Positions 9,425 through 19,650 of a DNA stretch of 44,145 bases are shown here, one piece after another; the first letter of the stretch is position 1, and every line of letters starts with the position of its first letter. The notes under the pieces were generated by a model. That model had not been told where the DNA came from. It saw nothing but the letters and a program-made list of their open reading frames with translations, and ran no database searches. The position numbers and the translations under genes are program-made. The stretch is from Promethearchaeota archaeon (GTDB taxonomy: Archaea > Asgardarchaeota > Lokiarchaeia > Sigyniarchaeales > SOKP01), in the NCBI GenBank assembly GCA_019058245.1, contig JAHPZJ010000001.1:1-44145 (forward strand). The letters run 5' to 3'.

Positions 9425-9796
9425 TTATTTTATTTTACTACCACAATTTGGGCAAAATTTTATCCCAATCTCTAATTTTTCACCGCAGAGTGGGCAATAA
9501 TTAGGAGTAGCACCAGTTATCTCTTCAGATACGTTAACTGATGCAGAATATGGAGATTGTTGAATTTGAGGTTGATATCTGTAAGGGCTTTCAGGTTGAA
9601 GAGTCGTAATTTTAGTACCGCAATGTATGCATCTATCTTCTGTTCTTCTATAATAAATAACGAGATATATTATTAAACCAATTCCTGCTGTAAAAATCAA
9701 TAATATTATTGCTAAACAAGTATCAATTTCTTCCCGTGTCAATAATACGTTCTGTTGACAGCGGGGACACCATCCAGTTGGGTTTTTAGTTGTCAT
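9425..9796 (-). CDS. LITAF-like zinc-ribbon membrane protein, paralogue 2
   Basis: CPRC..LAIILLIFTAGIGLIIYLVIY..CIHC, a P/Q/Y-rich linker, then YCPLCG..FCPNCG. Confidence 0.7.
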   Translation of the reverse strand: MTTKNPTGWCPRCQQNVLLTREEIDTCLAIILLIFTAGIGLIIYLVIYYRRTEDRCIHCGTKITTLQPESPYRYQPQIQQSPYSASVNVSEEITGATPNYCPLCGEKLEIGIKFCPNCGSKIK

Positions 9797-9849
9797 TTTT
9801 TTTTCACATATAGTTATATAATTTTGAATAGTATAGATAATACTAGTTT

Positions 9850-10242
9850 TTATTGTTTAAGAGAGGCTCCACATTTTGGGCAAATTGAGTCTTGACTACT
9901 TATTATTTCCTGACAAAATGGACAATTTGCTATATTATTCCTTAATTGTTTTTCTTGTTCGATAGTTTGAAGAATACGGTTGATTTCAGCTTTTGGTTCT
10001 GGTATATCTTCACGAGATTTATAGAAATCCAATTGATTCTGGCAATAGGGACAAAGGTTCTTTCTTATAATTACATAGTGATATATAAGAAAAGCTATTA
10101 TTCCAAATCCCAATGAAGAAATGATCACAAGAATCCAGATATTATAATACATACTATCAAATGATTTTCTTTTTGGTTTGTTAATTTCTTTCTCGCAATT
10201 ATTACAGTAGGCAAATCTCCTATTTTTACCCATATCTCTCAT
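9850..10242 (-). CDS. LITAF-like zinc-ribbon membrane protein, paralogue 3
   Basis: CNNC..hydrophobic segment..CPYC, then CPFC..CPKCG. Confidence 0.65.
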   Translation of the reverse strand: MRDMGKNRRFAYCNNCEKEINKPKRKSFDSMYYNIWILVIISSLGFGIIAFLIYHYVIIRKNLCPYCQNQLDFYKSREDIPEPKAEINRILQTIEQEKQLRNNIANCPFCQEIISSQDSICPKCGASLKQ

Positions 10243-10441
10243 TTAAAATAAGATAATTTATCCATTTAACTTTACTGATAGATTCTAAAAAAAAAAAATA
10301 TTATCTTTAATGCACCTTATTTTGTTAATCTTTTTAATTATTTGAGTTAATTAAAAATAAAAAAAATAAGTCCTTATTCATAATTATTTACCTAAGTGGA
10401 ATTGAAATTTCTTCTATAAAAAATTAATTTATCGATTTAAA

Positions 10442-11053
10442 TTGATGCACAACTCTTTATTTATTGCACTAGAAGGTGGCGATGCAGCAGGAACTACAAC
10501 TCATAGTCACCTTCTTAAAGGATTTTTAGAAAGTAAAGGTTTTAAAGTATTTTTAACACATGAGCCTTCAAATAGTAAAATCGGAGTATTGATAAGAGAT
10601 TTTTTGAAAAATAAGGAAATACCCCCTACAACAGATGCATTATTATTTGCAGCTGATAGAGATCTCCATTATAGAAATGAAATAAAGAAAAAACTCGATG
10701 AGGGGTATGTGGTTATTTCTGATAGATATATAGAATCATCAATCGTATACCAGTCAGCACAATCTGATGATATTACTGTTGATTGGATTAAAAAAATAAA
10801 TAAATTCGTTGGATTACCAGATCTTACAATAGTTTTGGATATTGATCCTGAAATTGCATTAGCGAGAAAAGAAACTGAAGAATTGGAAAAATTTGAAGTA
10901 AGTTCATTTTTGGATAAAGTAAGGAACCTTTATCTTTTACGTGCAAAAGAAGAAAATTATCATATTGTAAACTCAGATGATATCATAGAGATAGTACAAG
11001 AAAATATTCAAAAAATTGTTCTTGATAAATTCAAAAATTTGAGTAAATTATAA
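10442..11053 (+). CDS. tmk: Thymidylate kinase
   Basis: FIALEGGDAAGTTT, HEP, LLFAADR, SDRY..SS.VYQ, PDL. The P-loop Lys appears as Thr. Confidence 0.92.
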   Translation: MMHNSLFIALEGGDAAGTTTHSHLLKGFLESKGFKVFLTHEPSNSKIGVLIRDFLKNKEIPPTTDALLFAADRDLHYRNEIKKKLDEGYVVISDRYIESSIVYQSAQSDDITVDWIKKINKFVGLPDLTIVLDIDPEIALARKETEELEKFEVSSFLDKVRNLYLLRAKEENYHIVNSDDIIEIVQENIQKIVLDKFKNLSKL

Positions 11054-11136
11054 AATCAAATAATAAAACATAAATTACTCCTATAATATTATGCCTAGAG
11101 ATAATTAATTCAAAATTCACACTATTTTAGATAAAA

Positions 11137-12426
11137 TTGAATTCTGATAATTCCAAACATGAATCTTCTTTTAAGATAGATAGACTATTTAATTATGTTA
11201 AAAAATTTAGCTTTCCTCGTCTTGCTGGAACAAGCGGAGAAGTAAAAGCTGTTGATTTAGCAATAAAGACATTTAAAGATATTGGTTATGATGATCTAAA
11301 AATCCAGAAAGAACATTTTAAGTTTTCTGATTTTTACTCAACTACACTTATAAAATTAATAATGGTTATTAACTTAACTTTTTCTTTGTTTGTCTTAATG
11401 TTTACGTATATTAGCTTATATTTTACAATTATTATAGGAGGTATAATGGCTTTTGTACTAATCTTAATTATTAGAGGTTTAAAGCATCCAGAAAATCCGG
11501 GATTTTGGGGAGAATATTATGGAAAGACAATTTCTGCTACTAATGTATTTGTAAAACTACCAGCAAAAAAGTTACCAACAGATCAGGCGGGAGATATTAT
11601 CATTTCTGCACACTTAGATTCAAAATCTCAATCATTTAAAACTTATTGGAGAGTATTTTTTTATCGAGTTTGGCTATATAGTGGGATTTTTCTTGCTCTC
11701 TTTTTTATACTTTTATTTATTCGTACCTTTACTATAATAAAAATAAATCTTTTAACAATAGGAAGCGGATTATGGATCCTTACAATAATTATTTCAATCT
11801 CAAACTTTTTTTTAATATTTCTAAACACTCATAATAAATCACCGGGATCATTAGATAATGCTACTGGAATGGCAGTGGTTTTTGAATTAAGTGATTATTT
11901 TAGAGAAAAGGCACTTGAGTATTTTAATATTTGGTTTTGCCAATTCTCTGCAGAAGAGCTAGGAACAATGGGTTCTAGAATATTTGTAAATAATCGTGAA
12001 GTGAAATTTGTTAAAAAAAGAGTATTTCAAATTAATTTAGATATAATATCATGTATATGTGAATCAAAGAATCAAGTAGAATATCTAAAATCTTATGGTG
12101 TATTACCTCGGAAAAAAGTTGCACCATTACTGAGTAAATATTTAGATAATGCGGCTAAAGAAGAAAATATAAGAATAAAAGGATATCATTTATCTACAGG
12201 TGCTCACACTGATTCTGTTCCTTTTCATTTAAGGGAATTTGATTCTGTTGATCTGGTTACACGAGTAGGTGGTAGATATACTCATACTAAAGATGATACA
12301 CCTGATAAAGTAGATCCTAAAGTATTAAAGGAGGCTTGTATAATAATTAGAAGAGTTATTCTCTCATTAGATAAAGATTATCATATTTTATGTGAAAATG
12401 AGAAAGTGGTTAGTAATATAGATTAG
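11137..12426 (+). CDS. M28 family metallopeptidase with inserted TM segments
   Basis: FPRLAGT, AHLDSK, GSLDNATG, AEELGTMGS, NLD, TDSVPF, HTKDDT. Confidence 0.88.
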   Translation: MNSDNSKHESSFKIDRLFNYVKKFSFPRLAGTSGEVKAVDLAIKTFKDIGYDDLKIQKEHFKFSDFYSTTLIKLIMVINLTFSLFVLMFTYISLYFTIIIGGIMAFVLILIIRGLKHPENPGFWGEYYGKTISATNVFVKLPAKKLPTDQAGDIIISAHLDSKSQSFKTYWRVFFYRVWLYSGIFLALFFILLFIRTFTIIKINLLTIGSGLWILTIIISISNFFLIFLNTHNKSPGSLDNATGMAVVFELSDYFREKALEYFNIWFCQFSAEELGTMGSRIFVNNREVKFVKKRVFQINLDIISCICESKNQVEYLKSYGVLPRKKVAPLLSKYLDNAAKEENIRIKGYHLSTGAHTDSVPFHLREFDSVDLVTRVGGRYTHTKDDTPDKVDPKVLKEACIIIRRVILSLDKDYHILCENEKVVSNID

Positions 12427-12438
12427 TAATATAACATA

Positions 12439-12975
12439 TTACATTAAACTTTCAATTTCATTTTGAATCTTTTCAATTCTATTCTTTGATTTTATTAAGA
12501 TCTCACTTTTACCATATTTTTGAAACCAACGATTAAATCTCTCTTGAATTGATACTTCTTTGGTACCCGACATATGCTTATCTGCTAAACATATTATTTT
12601 TTCTTCTAGAGTAGTAGGTAAATAGTCTTTTATTGGTAATCCAATTTTTCCGGCATCTTCTTTGTCTATCCCTCCAAGAATATGAGTTTCACAAATCCTT
12701 GCCAGTCTTTCAGAAAAACCCCTTTGTCTTATAATTTTTCCCCCTATTAAAGCATGTTTAAAACCATGAGCTTTAGTTCTTCCAATATCGTGTAATAAAG
12801 CGCCAATCTCAATTAAATGCATATCTACTTTGGTCTTTTTTATTTTACTGCCAATTTGCATAGCTTTATCAGCAACTTTTTCTGAATGGCGTCTAACAGA
12901 AAGGGGAATCTTTAATTTCTTTAATAAATTTAATACAAATTCTCGATCGGGTAGAATGTCTTCTTTTATCACCAT
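12439..12975 (-). CDS. HDIG-domain metal-dependent phosphohydrolase (archaeal TIGR00295-like)
   Basis: HS..VA, ALLHDIGR, HALIG, ETHILGG, PTTLEEKIICLADK. Confidence 0.88.
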   Translation of the reverse strand: MVIKEDILPDREFVLNLLKKLKIPLSVRRHSEKVADKAMQIGSKIKKTKVDMHLIEIGALLHDIGRTKAHGFKHALIGGKIIRQRGFSERLARICETHILGGIDKEDAGKIGLPIKDYLPTTLEEKIICLADKHMSGTKEVSIQERFNRWFQKYGKSEILIKSKNRIEKIQNEIESLM

Positions 12976-13139
12976 TATTTTTTATAATTAATCAATTATC
13001 TTTAAGTTTTAGATATCGTTTTAATAAGAAAATCGCTGTGGTAATACAGAGATCTACTCCTTTTAGAGTATGATTAACAATTCAGTATAAGGGATTAGTA
13101 TGAAGGAAAAATTTATTGCGTGTAGTTTTTTTGCTTTTA

Positions 13140-13628
13140 TTAAATTTCTTCAAAAGGACCACTTACTAAGCCTCCAACCGATCCACCTATTAATACGCCT
13201 ATAAATGCACTAAATATTCCCCCTAATGTTTCAGTTAATTGAGTTCCTTGAAATAACGACATTAAATCTTCACCAGAAGCAATATTTAATAGAATCCACA
13301 TTAATAAAACTATAACGACTACTAATGTACTTGCTATTACACCTCTTTTTAATCCTTTTGCTATTGTACCTGTAATATAACCCATAAAAATCCATGCTAA
13401 AAGCTCTGGAGCGAAAAATCCAAAAACGGTTGGATTACCAGTAAAAAATGAGATCATATCAAAATCAAAATTTGCCCCAACTAATAAAGCAAATATTCTA
13501 AACAGTTCATCATCATCAACATATAAATTAATTTGTTCTATAATAACCATCATGTTAAAGAAAAATACTGTAAAAAAACTAAGTACAATTCCAACAATGA
13601 TTCCAATAATTAATCGATAGGACGTCAT
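13140..13628 (-). CDS. Hypothetical multi-pass membrane protein
   Basis: 162 aa with about 4 hydrophobic Gly-rich helices. Confidence 0.75.
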   Translation of the reverse strand: MTSYRLIIGIIVGIVLSFFTVFFFNMMVIIEQINLYVDDDELFRIFALLVGANFDFDMISFFTGNPTVFGFFAPELLAWIFMGYITGTIAKGLKRGVIASTLVVVIVLLMWILLNIASGEDLMSLFQGTQLTETLGGIFSAFIGVLIGGSVGGLVSGPFEEI

Positions 13629-13857
13629 GATTTAAAATGATAAATGATACTGAATAAATTATTATATTATAATTATATTTTATAGGTTATATTACTACTT
13701 AAAATTATTTTGCTATTTTAAAAATTTAGTTCTTAGGGTATTAGAAAAATCTCCTCAATAAAATATTAAAATTATCACACATTCAATAAAATAATTACTA
13801 ATTTGATTAAACAAAGATTATCAAAATCTAGTTTATATTAAAAAAAAGGCTACTAAT

Positions 13858-14667
13858 TTGGCTCGAAAGAAAAAGAAAACTGAAGAAACACATACTAAGA
13901 TAGATCAGGATGATGAAGAAGATTTTATAGAGGATTTTGAAATTGATTTCGAAGAAGATTTAGATTTAGAAGAAGAACTTGACTTATTAGATACTGATGA
14001 TTTGAGTGCGGGAATTGAAACTAAAGAGGAGTTAATTGATAAGGATGAGGAAAGAAAACAACTATATCTCAGTTGCGGTATACATATTGGAACAAAACTT
14101 TTAACTGGAGACGCTCGAAGATTTATTTATAGACAAACAAATTATGGATTGTATGTAATTGATTTAACGCAAACAGATGAACGTCTTCAAATCGCTGCTA
14201 AATTTTTAAGTAAATACGTTGAAGAAGGAAGTGATAGAGTCATTGTCACTTCTGTTCGACGATATGGAAAAGAACCTGTAAGAAAATTCTGTCAAGTATT
14301 AGGGTGCAGAGCAATAACCACTAGATTTATTCCAGGCTCACTTACAAATCCCATCATAGATACTTATATTAAAGATGCAAGTGTGGTTGTCATTGTAGAT
14401 CCTCATGCAGATAAAGTAGTCTTACGTGAAGCTAAATTAGCTCGTATTCCTGTCATATCTCTTTTTGATACAGATGATACTTTAGAGGGTATAGATCTCG
14501 CAATTCCGGCAAATAACCGAGGTAAAAAAGCATTAGGTTTAGCATTTTGGCTTTTAGCACGACAAATAATGTTAGAATTAGGAAAGATCTCAAGTGAAGA
14601 TGAGTTTCCTTATACTTTAGAAGAATTTACCTCAAAAATTGTTCCTATGTACCGACAAGAACAATAA
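13858..14667 (+). CDS. rps2: 30S ribosomal protein uS2 (archaeal/eukaryotic type) with acidic N-terminal extension
   Basis: GIHIGT, RFIPGSLTNP, DPHAD, EA...IPVISLFDTD, IPANNRG, FWLLAR. Confidence 0.95.
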   Translation: MARKKKKTEETHTKIDQDDEEDFIEDFEIDFEEDLDLEEELDLLDTDDLSAGIETKEELIDKDEERKQLYLSCGIHIGTKLLTGDARRFIYRQTNYGLYVIDLTQTDERLQIAAKFLSKYVEEGSDRVIVTSVRRYGKEPVRKFCQVLGCRAITTRFIPGSLTNPIIDTYIKDASVVVIVDPHADKVVLREAKLARIPVISLFDTDDTLEGIDLAIPANNRGKKALGLAFWLLARQIMLELGKISSEDEFPYTLEEFTSKIVPMYRQEQ

Positions 14668-14805
14668 ATATATTAATTCCCATTTCCGATTGTTATTTCT
14701 TATTATATATATTTTAAATACTTAATTTTAGAACCCTTACAGATATACTATTAATAATTTTATTGAAAAAAATTATAAATATATCCTGAATAAATATATT
14801 CTAAG

Positions 14806-15657
14806 ATGAATGAACTTATTTTATATAGTCAAATCGTATTATTTATAATTCGGATAATAGGATTCGTTGTTTCAATTGAATTCTATCATGATTTAAAGAA
14901 AAATGAGTTTATTATATTCGCAATAAGTTGGCTTTTATTTATATTATCAACTCTATTAGCTATAGTGCCGATATTTTGGGATAATCAAACAATTCTCCAA
15001 ATTCTTTTAATCATAAATGTACTTTTTACAAGTTTAGGTGTAATCTTTTATATATGGGGCATTTATATATATTTTATTTCAATAAATCCAAGATTAATGT
15101 TAATTTTTATTGGTGTATTTACAATTATAGCTTTTATTTTATATATTGCTATTAATTCTCTAACTGCAATACTTTTTATGGTAATAGGTTTCAATTTAGT
15201 ACTAGTATCTACCTTTATAATACCATCTTTAAAAATTAACCAATTTAAAAATTTTATGGGAAAAAGCATTAGATGGTATTATTCAGTATTATTCTTTGTC
15301 TTATTATATATCATTATTTCAATTTATACGAGTTTATCGGGATTTGATTATGGTTTGTATGAAAGTGATGATACTATTATGATTCTTCTTTATTATGTCC
15401 CAACAAATTTTATTTCCATTATACTAATTATATTATTAATTCACTTGGAGTATGGAATATCTACCCGGGAAGTTCATGATTTAAAAGATAAATATTCTCA
15501 TGATATAGGAAATATATTACAGGTTATTAGCACAGCAACCGAAATTTCGAATAACCAAGAGAATTTTCAAAAAGATATTTTAACAGAAATGAAAGATCTA
15601 GTGCAAAATAAGGTGAAAGAGGCCTCAAATTTAATAAAAGAAATAAGAGACTTATAA
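14806..15657 (+). CDS. About 7-TM membrane protein with a C-terminal HisKA-like helix pair and no ATPase domain
   Basis: About seven hydrophobic segments, then KYSHDIGNILQ (H-box-like). The protein ends about 45 aa later. Confidence 0.7.
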   Translation: MNELILYSQIVLFIIRIIGFVVSIEFYHDLKKNEFIIFAISWLLFILSTLLAIVPIFWDNQTILQILLIINVLFTSLGVIFYIWGIYIYFISINPRLMLIFIGVFTIIAFILYIAINSLTAILFMVIGFNLVLVSTFIIPSLKINQFKNFMGKSIRWYYSVLFFVLLYIIISIYTSLSGFDYGLYESDDTIMILLYYVPTNFISIILIILLIHLEYGISTREVHDLKDKYSHDIGNILQVISTATEISNNQENFQKDILTEMKDLVQNKVKEASNLIKEIRDL

Positions 15658-15703
15658 AAACTAATAAAATTAATAAAAATTGCATAGATATTTCCTAGGT
15701 AAA

Positions 15704-16267
15704 TTACGAGTTTCCTGAGGATAAATTTTTTCCTAACTGAAAAGCTTTTTCCATTATTTCTTTTTTTTCAGAAACTTCCCCTCTTTTAGTCACTCCAGGA
15801 ACAATTAATTTTTTAATTAATGGTATTTCTAAGTATTGAAAACTCTTCTCAAATAAAGAAATTAGAGGAGTAGCAGTATCAAAATTTACTTCTTCAAATG
15901 GTACTACCAAAATTGCTTTTTTTCCCTTAAGTTTTTCTCGATTTTCAGGACAATTAAAAAAAACAAATCGATCCAAGAATAATTTCATGAGACCTGTTGG
16001 ACCATACCAATATACAGGTGTCCCAAAAATAAGAATATCACTTTCAATTATTTTTTGATAAATATTTATCATATCATCATTCTTATTACATTGGTTCACT
16101 TCCCAACATACATGACATCCATCGCATTCTTTTATATTCAATTTATTTAAAAAAATCATATCTATTTTGGCATTCAGTTCCTTTGCACCATCAAGAATTT
16201 TTGAAACCAAAACATGAGTATTTCCATTAATGCGTGGACTTCCCACAATACCTAAAATCTGTTTCAT
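15704..16267 (-). CDS. Flavodoxin / iron-sulfur flavoprotein family
   Basis: GSPRINGNT, CDGCHVC....C, DDM, GTPVYWYG, KLFLDR. Confidence 0.9.
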   Translation of the reverse strand: MKQILGIVGSPRINGNTHVLVSKILDGAKELNAKIDMIFLNKLNIKECDGCHVCWEVNQCNKNDDMINIYQKIIESDILIFGTPVYWYGPTGLMKLFLDRFVFFNCPENREKLKGKKAILVVPFEEVNFDTATPLISLFEKSFQYLEIPLIKKLIVPGVTKRGEVSEKKEIMEKAFQLGKNLSSGNS

Positions 16268-16373
16268 ATTTTACATCCTTAAATGACAATTGAATATTTT
16301 AATAATTAAAAATTATTAACTAAAGAAGTTTATTAAAAGAAATGAAAAGAATCGATAAATATTCTAATGGGTT

Positions 16374-17648
16374 GTGGATAATTTGGAATTAAATATTTTA
16401 TTAATAAATCCGAATAGAATGAAAAATCCCCCTGTAATTCCAATTGGTTTAGAGTATATAGCAACTGCCTTGGAAAACCAAGAATACAATGTTGATATAA
16501 TTGATTTATGTTTTATATCCTCTCCAATAGAAGAATTGGCTAAATTATTTGAAAAGAAAAAATATGATATTATTGGGTTCTCTATTCGAAATATTGATTC
16601 ATGTATATTTTTTAATAACGAGTTTTATCTATATGAATTCAAAAAATTGATTGAATTTATAAAAAAATATGAAATTCCTATTGTTTTGGGAGGTTCAGGA
16701 TTTTCAGCAGCACCTAATGAAGTTATGGAATTTTTACAAGCAGATTATGGAATTATTGGTCCTGGAGAAAAAGTATTTCCTACATTCTTAAAACAATGGC
16801 AAAATAAACAATTATCTCCTACTATTTTTAATGGTTGGGATCATGGAATAGATGAAAATTTGATTGCTGCTAGAGGAAACAAAATAAATTATCAAGATTA
16901 CTTAGAAAATAATGGAATTGTGGGATTCATTACTCATACTGGTTGTAAAAGCCATTGTCCTTATTGTATTGAAGCTAATACAAAAGTAACTTTTAGAAAA
17001 ATAGCTAATATAATAGAAGAACTCGCAACTCTAGTTAATCAAGGCTATACGCATTTTCATTTATGTGATAGTGAATTCAATGAAAATCTTGATTATTCTA
17101 TTGAATTTTGTAAAGAATTGACAAAATTATCTTTACCACTTAAATGGACATTATATATGAAGCCCTATCCTTATAATGAAGAATTATTTCGAGTATTACA
17201 TGAGTCTAATGCCTATTTAATCACTCTTTCCGTTGATAGCGATAAAAAAATTCAAAATCTCAATAATTACACATATAATGATTTGGTAAAAATAATTGAT
17301 TATTGTAATAAATATAAAATTGAATTAGCTATTGATATGTTAACGGGTTATCCGTATGAATCCAAAGAATCTACTATAGAAATGCTAGACTTTTTTAAAA
17401 AAAACCTTCCTAAAACTGTAGGAATTAGCTTTTATTACCGTATTCATAAGAATACTGTCTTAGGTAATTTAATTAAAAATAACCCTGAATTGCATAAATT
17501 TCTAACTAAACCATATTCAGATAAAGAGAATTTTTTAGAACCTGTATTTTTTAGTCAATATCATCAGAAAGAGATGGAAGCACTTATTGTAGAAGATCAA
17601 CTTTTCAGAATCTCTGGACTTATTCCTGGAGTCAATTATCAGTTATGA
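16374..17648 (+). CDS. Cobalamin-binding radical SAM protein
   Basis: N-terminal PIGLEYIA..DLC..SIRNID, GGSGFS. GCKSHCPYC motif, DSEFN. Confidence 0.9.
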   Translation: MDNLELNILLINPNRMKNPPVIPIGLEYIATALENQEYNVDIIDLCFISSPIEELAKLFEKKKYDIIGFSIRNIDSCIFFNNEFYLYEFKKLIEFIKKYEIPIVLGGSGFSAAPNEVMEFLQADYGIIGPGEKVFPTFLKQWQNKQLSPTIFNGWDHGIDENLIAARGNKINYQDYLENNGIVGFITHTGCKSHCPYCIEANTKVTFRKIANIIEELATLVNQGYTHFHLCDSEFNENLDYSIEFCKELTKLSLPLKWTLYMKPYPYNEELFRVLHESNAYLITLSVDSDKKIQNLNNYTYNDLVKIIDYCNKYKIELAIDMLTGYPYESKESTIEMLDFFKKNLPKTVGISFYYRIHKNTVLGNLIKNNPELHKFLTKPYSDKENFLEPVFFSQYHQKEMEALIVEDQLFRISGLIPGVNYQL

Positions 17649-17689
17649 GATTATCAATAAATATAATTTTTATTATAATAACACTATAA

Positions 17690-18139
17690 TTAAAAATCAG
17701 AAGGATAGGCAATAAAACCCGTTTTGATTCCCTTTTTAAACCCAGCATTTTCATAAAATTGATAAATTGCGGGATCCTTTGAGCCTGTTAATAACATAAC
17801 TTTATAACAATTATTTTTCCACGCAAAATCTAACGCATATCGAAGAATAGATGTTCCAAATCCCCGATTACGATAGTCAGTATGGGTTACCACATTTTCT
17901 ATTACTCCATAAGGTCTTGCTCCTCTTGTTAAATTTGGAATGATTGAAAGGGTACACGATGATACTATTTTATTGTCATCCTCTACTACAAAATAATGTA
18001 AGAGGGAATTTCGGGTGACTTCTTTCCAAATCGATTTTACTATTGATTTCTCCGGAAGAGGGGCATCTTGATGATGTAGGTGGGTATAAAGGTTTAATAA
18101 TTCTTCCAGTTCATTTTCTTTAATGTGACGTATTAACAT
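17690..18139 (-). CDS. GNAT N-acetyltransferase
   Basis: IIPNLTRG, IENVVT..YRNRGFG, CYKVML, FYENAGF. Confidence 0.92.
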   Translation of the reverse strand: MLIRHIKENELEELLNLYTHLHHQDAPLPEKSIVKSIWKEVTRNSLLHYFVVEDDNKIVSSCTLSIIPNLTRGARPYGVIENVVTHTDYRNRGFGTSILRYALDFAWKNNCYKVMLLTGSKDPAIYQFYENAGFKKGIKTGFIAYPSDF

Positions 18140-18300
18140 ACTTTCGCTGTTTTTTTTATTTTTTATTAATATCTCTTCAAAATCCCTTTATTTTTCTTAT
18201 TACTAGGCAGTTTATTCTTTTCAATTATTTATAATAAATTTATTATCTTAATTCAATTTTCTTTATATATAGATTATTCACTGGTTTCGAGTCAGTTTTT

Positions 18301-19080
18301 ATGAAAAAAATTATCTCATTTTCTGGAAAGGGTGGTGTTGGGAAATCGACACTCCTTGTCCTAATGCTTAAATATCTTCTTGAAAAATTTAAAGATCTCA
18401 ATATACTAGTCATAGATGCCGACCCCGATGCAAATATCGGAGATATCATTGGCAAAGAAATCCATTTCAAAGAAACTATTGGGGGAAAAATGGCTGAATT
18501 TAAACAGAAAATCCAAAAAAGACTAATCCCTCTCGATGTATCAAAAGATCAAATCGTTGAATCAGAGGTATTTGATGCCCTTATTGAAATGGATCAGTTC
18601 GATATTCTAGAAATGGGACGAGGAGAAGGAGAAGGTTGCTATTGTAGTATCAATAATTATCTAAAGCGCATCATTGACATATTAGCGAAAAATTATGACG
18701 TCGTACTTATCGATGCCCCTGCTGGACTTGAGTTTTTTTCCCGAAAAACTGGTCAAACCGTTACTGACTTAGTTATTGTGTCCGATCCGAGTAAAATGGG
18801 CATTCATACCATGAAACGAATATTAGAAGTTACCAAAGAGGTAGAATTAAAATTCGAAAATATATGGATACTCGGAAACAGGTTTCCTGAAAATTCTCTA
18901 AGAGATATTTTAGAAAAAGAAGTTGCTAATGTTAAAGAAGAGTATGTAAAACTTCTAGGGTTTATCGCAAATAGTGATGAGATTAGTAAAATGAATATAA
19001 TTGGAGAAAATTTGTTACAACTCTCTACAGAGAGTTTAGCTTATCAAACAGCAAAACAGTTATTTGTAAAAATCATATAG
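18301..19080 (+). CDS. cooC: CooC/AcsF-type Ni-insertion ATPase
   Basis: GKGGVGKST, DADPDAN, EGCYC, DAPAGLE. Confidence 0.88.
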   Translation: MKKIISFSGKGGVGKSTLLVLMLKYLLEKFKDLNILVIDADPDANIGDIIGKEIHFKETIGGKMAEFKQKIQKRLIPLDVSKDQIVESEVFDALIEMDQFDILEMGRGEGEGCYCSINNYLKRIIDILAKNYDVVLIDAPAGLEFFSRKTGQTVTDLVIVSDPSKMGIHTMKRILEVTKEVELKFENIWILGNRFPENSLRDILEKEVANVKEEYVKLLGFIANSDEISKMNIIGENLLQLSTESLAYQTAKQLFVKII

Positions 19081-19097
19081 TACCAGATGGATATATT

Positions 19098-19606
19098 TTA
19101 TATGATATTGTGTATATTATTTCTATTCAAACAACGGATTAAGGAACATTTGATGTCATCATAATTATATAGACTATCAGTTTTTTGGGACATTAAAATC
19201 GAATTGATATTTTTTTCATCGCATATCTGTTCAGAAATTCCTTCTATCCATGACTCAAGGATTTCTATATTATCTAAAATGTTATTAAGATATTCTTTTT
19301 TAGACATATTAGTATGTTTTACAAAAAGAATAGAGATCATCAAATCGTGACATCCTCCTCGAGCTTTGCTGTCTTCTATTGCAAAACAATGATTTAAAGA
19401 AAATAAATTATTATATTGTACATAACAATGGCTAAATGTCTCACCATCTGTATGGAATTCCATCAAATTTATAATCTCATTTTCTGGAATGCCAATTCCT
19501 TTTTCTGGGACGTCAATTCCAAATCTAGTCAACACAATTGGGCCTATTTTTACATCATAATAAAAAAAAAAACCATTTCATATGGTAACCCTATAATTTC
19601 AATCAC
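19098..19606 (-). CDS. Folliculin/uDENN-like longin protein, frameshifted at a T11 run
   Basis: FAIEDSKARGG resembles the folliculin/SMCR8 F.I.DS.ARG motif. In-frame YYDVKIGP lies upstream of the called GTG (19535). The upstream starts (19606, 19576) are offset by the homopolymer at 19562-19572. Confidence 0.55.
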
Positions 19607-19650
19607 TTCAAATTAATTATTATCTAATAAGAAAATCATTCATATTTTTT

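Noticed and set aside
12980-13135. Intergenic stretch with a small TACTC/GAGTA hairpin as a possible sRNA
   Set aside because: No C/D box pair or extended structure could be supported.
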